Source: a virus | Taxonomy: Duplodnaviria > Caudoviricetes | Reading direction: 5' to 3' (one strand) | IMG/VR virus record: IMGVR_UViG_3300015262_000004 | Location: 560 to 64,559 of that record | DNA: 64,000 nt | Part shown: positions 57,636 through 64,000 of the stretch, piece after piece | Position numbering within the stretch: the stretch's first letter is position 1 | How the letters are laid out: every line of letters begins with the position of its first letter | Notes under the pieces: model-generated | The model's input: the letters and a program-made list of their open reading frames with translations, nothing else | What the model was told of the DNA's origin: nothing | Databases searched by the model: none | Program-made: the position numbers and the translations under genes

Positions 57636-57866
57636 TCAATCCATGGGGTTATCCTTGGGTAGGTCGGCCTCGACTTTGCGCAGTTCCGCTAAGACGACTT
57701 CGCCCCCCGCGTGGCCTGGCTCGAACACGAACGGATACGTTCCGTTGCGCACGTTGCACACCACAGCCCGGGTTTTGTTACACAACTTCCCGATCTGGCT
57801 GTCGGTGTATCCAGCGTTGGCCAAGGTCTTAAACACTTTTTGCCAATCGGTCATGGGTGGCCTCAT
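57636..57866 (-). CDS. small Cro-like HTH regulator
   Basis: GYTDSQIGKLCNKTRAVVCNVRNG. Confidence 0.65.
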   Translation of the reverse strand: MRPPMTDWQKVFKTLANAGYTDSQIGKLCNKTRAVVCNVRNGTYPFVFEPGHAGGEVVLAELRKVEADLPKDNPMD

Positions 57867-57876
57867 CTCATAGGGG

Positions 57877-57915
57877 TGTGCTGTAAGTATACAGCACACC
57901 CCCGAACGCGGTCAC
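57877..57915 (-). promoter_or_regulatory. promoter with inverted-repeat operator
   Basis: GTGACC-18-TATACT; TGTGCTGTA-4-TACAGCACA covers the -10. Confidence 0.55.
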
Positions 57916-57934
57916 CCCAACCTACAACCCGTTG

Positions 57935-58840
57935 TCACACGGACTGATGCTCTACCTCGGGCAATTCCAGCTCCTCTTGGGCGCCGCGTTGGATCGCTTG
58001 CCCGGTCATCTCTTCCAGTTCCCAATCGGCCAGGGCCTTGCGGCTGCGCTCCAGGTGATCAACCACCAACTCACCCGGCATGATGCCGGCGAAGGCCTGG
58101 TGCATCTTGGTCAGGTTGGTGTCGATGTCTTCGTAATTGAACAGCTGGCTGGCGTGGATCTCCATGTTGTCCATGGCTTCGCCGATCGTTTCCAACCCGC
58201 AGAAATAGGCCATGGCCAACGTGTCTTGGCGGGCGTGCTCCAGATCCCAGGATTCACGGCCTTGCTCGTAGATCGGTGCCAACACCGGCCCGAGGATCGC
58301 GAACGCTTGAATCAGGTGGCCAGCCTGGCCCATCGCATCGGGCAGAGCGCCGTGCGACTGCCAGTTTTTAGCGAAGTACCCGTGCGGGAACAGTTCGCGG
58401 ATGGTGCGCTGGTCCTTCCACTGCCAATACTTCCACGGATGAACCAGCCCCGTGCCCTTGTAAGCCGACTCCAACCACACACGGTCGCGGTCGCCGCACT
58501 GCCACAATCGAACCTTGGGATACTCACCCTCGGGCAACTCATCGGTGAACCCCAACCACTCGCTGAATTCCACCAGCGCCTGCATCAGCGGCACACGGTT
58601 GACGTCCAGGCCAAAGATCAGAGCCTGCGTCTCGGGCTTCTGTCGCATCCACCAGGCCACGGTGCTGGCGTCGATCACGCCGCCGCCTGGCTGCTCGATG
58701 TCGACCACCCGGGAAAAGGTATCGCCGAGGGTGCCGTCATGGATGTCGAACTTGACCGCGCCGATCGACAGGATGCACGCCTCATCCTTTAGGGACAGGG
58801 TTTCGCAGTCGACGGAAACATCTTGTACTTTCGTGCTCAT
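57935..58840 (-). CDS. DEDDh 3'-5' exonuclease (Rv2179c/DUF5051-like) with C-terminal extension
   Basis: VDCETL, ILSIGAV, WW..Q, DQRT, HGALPDA. Confidence 0.82.
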   Translation of the reverse strand: MSTKVQDVSVDCETLSLKDEACILSIGAVKFDIHDGTLGDTFSRVVDIEQPGGGVIDASTVAWWMRQKPETQALIFGLDVNRVPLMQALVEFSEWLGFTDELPEGEYPKVRLWQCGDRDRVWLESAYKGTGLVHPWKYWQWKDQRTIRELFPHGYFAKNWQSHGALPDAMGQAGHLIQAFAILGPVLAPIYEQGRESWDLEHARQDTLAMAYFCGLETIGEAMDNMEIHASQLFNYEDIDTNLTKMHQAFAGIMPGELVVDHLERSRKALADWELEEMTGQAIQRGAQEELELPEVEHQSV

Positions 58841-58865
58841 CCGTGGTTCTCCAAGCTGTTGTGGT

Positions 58866-59291
58866 TCATTCGCCCCAGTTGTCCAGGTACGCAGCCGTTA
58901 ACGCGGCAAGCGGGTCGGCGCATTCAATGCCCCGGTAGAAACCGAACGTCTGGGCGGCCGGGTCACGTTCCCATTGCACCGCTGCCCACTGCCCCGGTTC
59001 CAACCGGCGGATCTCGCGCTTCCCGCAGGGGCTGACGAAGCCGTGTGACTTCCACCGCCAGCCCATCTTGCGCATCCGCCTCCAGGTGGACAATCGTACA
59101 CCCGGACCGACTGTCTGGTACAAGGCATAGACCATGATGACCACCGCTGTCCACGTTAGTACACTACCAATCCACCAAATAGTTGCACGCGTCCACTCTG
59201 GCAACCATTGCGAAACCACCTGCAGCAAGGCGCCGGCCGTAGTCATGGCTAAGAACCCGCCACCTCGGGTCATTCGGTCGTGCCAGTTCAT
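58866..59291 (-). CDS. membrane-anchored paralogue-family protein
   Basis: Two hydrophobic helices, then RKMGW...ADPLAALTAAYLDNWGE. Confidence 0.65.
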   Translation of the reverse strand: MNWHDRMTRGGGFLAMTTAGALLQVVSQWLPEWTRATIWWIGSVLTWTAVVIMVYALYQTVGPGVRLSTWRRMRKMGWRWKSHGFVSPCGKREIRRLEPGQWAAVQWERDPAAQTFGFYRGIECADPLAALTAAYLDNWGE

Positions 59292-60238
59292 CCCATATCT
59301 CTAAGGTCACGGAACCCTTCCCACACGGGGAACCGGGGCTTGTCTTTCTCACCGATCGGAAAGCGCTTGAACTTGGCGATGCGGCCCACCAGCTGGTCGC
59401 GGATAGCCCACAGTTGCCGGCGCTGGTCGGCAGTAAACCCGTTGCCAATGTTGAACTCAGCACCGGCCAGGTTCTTGCAGACCAGCGCGCCGAGGGTGCC
59501 CTTGCCTACCATCCCACCGGCGTGGCTCGACCGCTTGGTGTAGCCCAACTCGTTGATGGTGGCTTCGTTGGTGTTGTGCATCTCCTCGATGTAACCAATC
59601 ACCAGCGCCTCATCGCTCACGAACCGCTTGAACTTGTACAGCCAGCCCTCTAGAACGGTCGATCGGCCGTGTTTGTACGGGCCTGTCGGGTCGCGGCCCA
59701 TCAGTCCCTCGAACCCCAGGTTGATCGCGTTCTGCTCGGCCCGCAGCAGCTGCTCGATGTTGTGCACCATGATGTGCCGCAACACTTTTATCCACGGGGC
59801 GTGCCGCTCGATCTCATCGGCGTACTGCGTCAGGCGGTTGTACCTGCCCTGGAACACATGACGCTGCACCTCGCTGATCGGCACGTAGTCGAACACGTAC
59901 CAAGTAAAGGCCGGCGCTTCGTCCCGGGACATCACACCGCTGGTGGTGCGGTTGAACACACCCTCACCGGTGGCACTACCCACCACCAGCTCACCGTCGA
60001 AGGGTGCCGGTAGGTTGGCTGCGTAGGAAAGGGACTGGATGTGTTTGTTTGGGATCAGCTTGAGTGAACGTGAGTACAGCCGTCCACCCCAACGTGTTGC
60101 CCGTATACCGTCCACCTTGGGGCTGACCAGATACGGGAACCGCAGCTGGTCAGGCGGGGGTGCATCGGCAGCCAGCATCGGACGCTTCGGCGCAACCGTG
60201 GGTAAAAAGGGCAGCTCAGCCTCGGGGCTCAGGTCCAT
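59288..60238 (-). CDS. ATP-dependent DNA ligase
   Basis: PMLA, KVDGIR, FDGEL, FEGLM, YKFK, GNGFT, PRFP. Confidence 0.93.
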   Translation of the reverse strand: MDLSPEAELPFLPTVAPKRPMLAADAPPPDQLRFPYLVSPKVDGIRATRWGGRLYSRSLKLIPNKHIQSLSYAANLPAPFDGELVVGSATGEGVFNRTTSGVMSRDEAPAFTWYVFDYVPISEVQRHVFQGRYNRLTQYADEIERHAPWIKVLRHIMVHNIEQLLRAEQNAINLGFEGLMGRDPTGPYKHGRSTVLEGWLYKFKRFVSDEALVIGYIEEMHNTNEATINELGYTKRSSHAGGMVGKGTLGALVCKNLAGAEFNIGNGFTADQRRQLWAIRDQLVGRIAKFKRFPIGEKDKPRFPVWEGFRDLRDMG

Positions 60239-60262
60239 CTATGCACCTATGTTCGGGGTGCC

Positions 60263-60279
60263 GTCCCTACAATAGGGAC
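60263..60279. repeat. 17-bp palindrome copy 13 (one mismatch)
   Basis: GCC-GTCCCTACAATAGGGAC-GGC upstream of the ligase. Confidence 0.85.
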
Positions 60280-60291
60280 GGCCCGGGTCCA

Positions 60292-60681
60292 TCAGTGTGT
60301 GGTGTCGCCCTTGCCGGCGCTGACCTTCTCGGCGTACATGTTGCGGGTGCTGTCATTGATGTACTTGAGGCCCACCAGCAGGGCCAGCTCAGGTGCGTTC
60401 GTCAGCTGCTCCGGTGGTACGCCGGCCTCGCCAGAGCTAAGCCGTTCGGTACCGATCGCAGTCAACATGCACACCACGAAAGACTCCATCGCGTGGACCG
60501 ACGCCATGCTGACAATGGATACCTCGCGATCGTCGGTGGTCTTGAGCAACACGAACTCCGAAGGGTCGTCGAGCAACTTGTGCACGTCCTTCAACGCGTT
60601 GTCATAGAACCCCAGGAACTCAGCCCGGGCGGCCGCCTCCTCGGCGTCCACCACAGGAATCCCGTTGTTGTTATCGCTCAT
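60292..60681 (-). CDS. hypothetical protein
   Basis: ATG 60681 after AAGGA. Confidence 0.6.
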   Translation of the reverse strand: MSDNNNGIPVVDAEEAAARAEFLGFYDNALKDVHKLLDDPSEFVLLKTTDDREVSIVSMASVHAMESFVVCMLTAIGTERLSSGEAGVPPEQLTNAPELALLVGLKYINDSTRNMYAEKVSAGKGDTTH

Positions 60682-60682
60682 G

Positions 60683-61030
60683 TCATCCTTCCTTTTGCAT
60701 GCCGTGGATGGTGATTTCACCCCACTTGTGGTTGAGCACGACGATCTCCACCGTGCCGCCTTTACTGCCCACACCCAGCACTGCCACGCGGCTGATCTCG
60801 GCCAGCGTGATGTGCGGGTTGGTCACATAGACCGTGCCCTTTTCGTACACCGCCACCGGCTCGCCCGCACTGGGTGGCTCGACGATCGGCAGCAACCCGA
60901 GGGATCGCATCATGTTGGTGGTGCGGATCTCGACCCGTTTCATCCGATCCAGAATCTCCGGCACGGCGGCCAGGTTCTGGATCTCATGGGTCAGCGCGCG
61001 CACCAACTTGTTGTGGGTTTCATCGTTCAT
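60683..61030 (-). CDS. hypothetical protein
   Basis: ATGA-coupled. Confidence 0.6.
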   Translation of the reverse strand: MNDETHNKLVRALTHEIQNLAAVPEILDRMKRVEIRTTNMMRSLGLLPIVEPPSAGEPVAVYEKGTVYVTNPHITLAEISRVAVLGVGSKGGTVEIVVLNHKWGEITIHGMQKEG

Positions 61031-61914
61031 TGCATCTCCCCGCTAAAGAAATCCATGATGTCCTTGTGCATTGACTTGGCCGCCATGAACGTCTCTTGCC
61101 GCGATAGTGGGTCTTCACGCAACACGCTTGGCTCATGGGCGCAGAGCTTGTCGCGGAGACTGTCGGCCAGGTCGGCCAACAGTGGGTTGTTGATGATGTT
61201 CAACGCCGGCAACAGGTCGGCCAGCTCACGGGCATTATCCACCAGGCTGTCACGAAACTTGTTGTCCGGGTTGCCCAGGCGTTCGATGTAGCTGTTGACG
61301 ACCTTCTCTACCCGCTCGAACGCATCGCGCTGTGCTTGTTGCAGAGCGAGCGCTGTGCCTTGGCTGATCTCCTCGCGAATGCGGTCGACCTCCTCGACAC
61401 CCAGGTCACAACGGAAGTCCTCACCCATCGGCAGCGGGGAAACGCTCACCTTGAAATTGAACTTGCAGTGGACCGCGCCGACGGTTGGGTAGTCGTTGTC
61501 TTCGAACAGCGCCCCCAGCAGGCGCCGTGCTTCCTGGCGCATCAGTGGGTATTCCTGCAGAAACACGTTGACCAACGAATCGAACTGATCGGCGTAGCCG
61601 TTCATCTTGGTGATGTAATCCATGTACCCGAAGTTAGACAGGATGCGCGGGCCATTGTCCGACCATGGCAGGGTGCGCTTGTAGTGCTCGGCACGGGCTG
61701 TGTTGACCAGCGCCTTGATGTCATCGAGCGCCCCGCCTTCGACCAGCGACTTATAGTAGGCACCTTGGGTCGACACCACCTGGTTGCTGGTGTTGACGTC
61801 CTTGGTGGCTTTGCGGTCGGTCTTGCGGGCGGTCCACTGGCTGACGTTGAGGTTCACCAGCATGGCACGGGCATGGATGCGGACAGGTTCGATCTGTTGG
61901 GTCATAGCGTTCAT
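61027..61914 (-). CDS. DUF3150-like conserved phage protein
   Basis: LNVSQWTARK, TLPW, DYP; family name recalled from memory. Confidence 0.65.
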   Translation of the reverse strand: MNAMTQQIEPVRIHARAMLVNLNVSQWTARKTDRKATKDVNTSNQVVSTQGAYYKSLVEGGALDDIKALVNTARAEHYKRTLPWSDNGPRILSNFGYMDYITKMNGYADQFDSLVNVFLQEYPLMRQEARRLLGALFEDNDYPTVGAVHCKFNFKVSVSPLPMGEDFRCDLGVEEVDRIREEISQGTALALQQAQRDAFERVEKVVNSYIERLGNPDNKFRDSLVDNARELADLLPALNIINNPLLADLADSLRDKLCAHEPSVLREDPLSRQETFMAAKSMHKDIMDFFSGEMQ

Positions 61915-61980
61915 CTTCTTCACTCCAAAAAGGTATAGCGTAGGTTGTTACAACGTGTTGGTGTATCGGTTTGTGTAGTT

Positions 61981-62010
61981 ACTATATAGCCCAGAGTAAA
62001 CAGTTGTCCA
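61981..62010 (-). promoter_or_regulatory. promoter with operator
   Basis: TGGACA-18-TATAGT; TGTGTAGTTACTATATA at 61972-61988. Confidence 0.65.
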
Positions 62011-62016
62011 CTCGGG

Positions 62017-62316
62017 CTATCGGTTTTCTACCGCGAACAGCTTCGGATATTCCACTGAAAGGTAGACGGTCATTGCTTGGGGTGCCAGCCAGGGTGTGTC
62101 CACCCCGTCCAGCGTGAACTTTAGGTGGTACTCACCCGGCCCGACAGACGAATGTTGCACGAACAGCCGGGGCTTGCTGCCCAAGGGGTCGCCAAACGTG
62201 GGCTTGTTGCGCAGCTCGACGCCGTTGACCATCAGGCGCGGGATCAACAGACCCAGCAACTGACGGCTGTCCGGGTGAAAGCAGCTCGCAACCGTGACCC
62301 ACGGACCGGCGGCCAT
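62017..62316 (-). CDS. hypothetical protein
   Basis: TGATG-coupled. Confidence 0.5.
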   Translation of the reverse strand: MAAGPWVTVASCFHPDSRQLLGLLIPRLMVNGVELRNKPTFGDPLGSKPRLFVQHSSVGPGEYHLKFTLDGVDTPWLAPQAMTVYLSVEYPKLFAVENR

Positions 62317-62513
62317 CAGTCTTCGAACTGCAGTTTCATGATCAGGTCGTCGACGTCCGCCTCATCCAGCGAGGTCAGGGTGTCGTCATCGGTGGCCACC
62401 GCCTGCAGCTCATCGCTGCGGTTGGCCGGCTCGCACATGCCTTGTTCCTGCCAGTAACGCAGGGCGGCAATGATCGTGGCCAGGTCTTCGTTCGGTCCGT
62501 TAAACAGGCTCAT
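62316..62513 (-). CDS. hypothetical protein
   Basis: LATIIAALRYWQ; GGAG RBS. Confidence 0.6.
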   Translation of the reverse strand: MSLFNGPNEDLATIIAALRYWQEQGMCEPANRSDELQAVATDDDTLTSLDEADVDDLIMKLQFED

Positions 62514-62540
62514 CTTGTCTACTCCACAACGGGTTGTCAG

Positions 62541-62813
62541 TTATAGCAGCCCTTCCAGGCGGCCCCACACCAGCACCTCATCGAGGTCTGGGCTTTGGAA
62601 TACGTTAGTCGGCCCGACCAATAGTCTCCACCCTGGTGGGGTCGTGTCCAGATGCGTCCACTCTGACAGCTGGACGCTCACCATTTGATACGGCGTGCCC
62701 TGGTACATCACCGGCGCGACCCGAACATAGGTGACCTCACTGAATACCGACTGAGTCAGGCCGTACGATTCCAGTCGCGCGGCCTGGTCAGCGGTCAGCT
62801 GATAGTTACTCAC
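62541..62813 (-). CDS. hypothetical protein, possible distant paralogue-family member
   Basis: LESYGL...FQSPDLDEVLVWGRL. Confidence 0.55.
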   Translation of the reverse strand: MSNYQLTADQAARLESYGLTQSVFSEVTYVRVAPVMYQGTPYQMVSVQLSEWTHLDTTPPGWRLLVGPTNVFQSPDLDEVLVWGRLEGLL

Positions 62814-63981
62814 CGTCTTTCAGGTCGATGTGAATTGTCGTTCCCCACGGCGCCGTGATGGTGCGGTTGGTGATAGCCCACAGCACCGGGAATGGGTAGT
62901 CCTCCTCGCTACCCCAAGGGGTTTCGCCGTCGGTGTAAACAATGACCGCCTTGACGTTCGGCCGGTTGCGGGCGAACCACTTCAAACCGTTGGGCATTGA
63001 GGTACCACCCTGCCCGTGGCGCAGGAACGACTCGGCCACCACGGCCTCGCTCGGTTCGTCGAACACGTCGTGGTGCTGCACCTTGCTGTCACAGTAGGCC
63101 ACCACCAGGCGCTTGGGTGACACGGCCGTGACCGCTCCTACCACCTCGCTCAACCCCTGCGTCAGTTCGGCCATGGTGATGGAACAGGACGTGTCGAGCA
63201 TGGTGCCCAGCTCGGCCATCGAGTCATAGCCGTACTGCGTCGGCAGGAACATCGGGTTGTCGCCCGTCATGAACCGGCGGTTTGGCCGCTTGTAACTGTA
63301 GTCACACGGCGACGTCTCCGTCAGCCACTCCCGCAGCTGCGAACGCCAGTCCACTTGTGGGGCCATCAGCGCATCTACCAGCGACTTGATGTACTCCGGC
63401 AGCTTGCCTTGGGCCTTGGCCACGTTCGCCGCCTGGGCAATCATCGCCTTAGCTTTCTCTACCCCGGCCTCGCTCTTGTCCTTCGCCGGCAACACGTCGT
63501 CACCCAGTGGGTTGGACTTGTCGCCCGCTTTGCCCGGCCCCTGCCCTTGCCCGCCCTTATTGGGTGGCTGTGGTGGCAACGCGTTGTAGATTTGCTCGGC
63601 GCTCTGGCCCTTCCACGGGGTGCCATCGAGCACACCATCAGGCAGCTCGCCGCCCTCATCGATGATGATTGGGTTGATCGAGAAGTCGGTTGCGGAGTTC
63701 CAGCGCTGCAACTCTTTGCCACTCCCCCGCCACGGGTGGAGCATGGCGATGTGCATTACCTCATGCTTGAGCGTGCCCTTACCCTTGGCGACACTCAGCT
63801 GGTTGAAGTTGTCGGAGTTGATGAACAGGTCGGTCCCGTTCGTTGCCGCCAGCCACAGGTCGCGGCCGTCGGGGAGGTTCTTGGTTTCGACCAGGTTCAA
63901 GTTGAGGAGGATCGTTGCGAAAAACGGTTCCTCCAAAACCAGCTTGACCTTAGCGCGGTCATATATTGTTGGGGTTGCCAT
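62806..63981 (-). CDS. DUF2201-type metallopeptidase plus VWA protein
   Basis: HEVMH zincin motif; MIDAS DTSCS, GGT, YTDG. Confidence 0.85.
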   Translation of the reverse strand: MATPTIYDRAKVKLVLEEPFFATILLNLNLVETKNLPDGRDLWLAATNGTDLFINSDNFNQLSVAKGKGTLKHEVMHIAMLHPWRGSGKELQRWNSATDFSINPIIIDEGGELPDGVLDGTPWKGQSAEQIYNALPPQPPNKGGQGQGPGKAGDKSNPLGDDVLPAKDKSEAGVEKAKAMIAQAANVAKAQGKLPEYIKSLVDALMAPQVDWRSQLREWLTETSPCDYSYKRPNRRFMTGDNPMFLPTQYGYDSMAELGTMLDTSCSITMAELTQGLSEVVGAVTAVSPKRLVVAYCDSKVQHHDVFDEPSEAVVAESFLRHGQGGTSMPNGLKWFARNRPNVKAVIVYTDGETPWGSEEDYPFPVLWAITNRTITAPWGTTIHIDLKDGE

Positions 63982-64000
63982 TGGCTTTCTCCAGGATCAA

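Noticed and set aside
57877-57898. LexA SOS box
   Set aside because: Spacing is CTGT-N6-ACAG, not CTGT-N8-ACAG; it fits the phage's own operator family better

Overview
The window is almost the whole genome of a ~64 kb podovirus-type tailed phage, probably circularly permuted. The host is probably Pseudomonas, because it encodes an MvaT-family protein. Two leftward arms carry small early genes and a replication module (family-A DNA polymerase, primase-helicase, SNF2 helicase, ligase, nucleases). A rightward arm carries tail fibres, terminase, portal, N4-gp56-type capsid, ejection proteins, lysis and tail genes. No integrase, protelomerase or Rep protein is visible, but a ParA plus small adaptor with 9-bp repeat arrays is present, so a plasmid-type prophage is likely. 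The main non-coding observations are: (1) two type II hammerhead ribozymes with mutually covarying stems, whose stem III is a 17-bp palindrome (GTCCCTACWGTAGGGAC) found 13 times, often just before ribosome-binding sites; (2) a 1-kb ORF-poor segment laid out like a ColE1-type RNA-primed, antisense-controlled replicon; (3) an 18-unit centromere-like array inside a virion gene; (4) a family of about 11 divergent small paralogues; (5) a highly iterated CAACNNGTTG palindrome; (6) a 17-bp operator family over leftward promoters. All calls were made by eye, without database searches.
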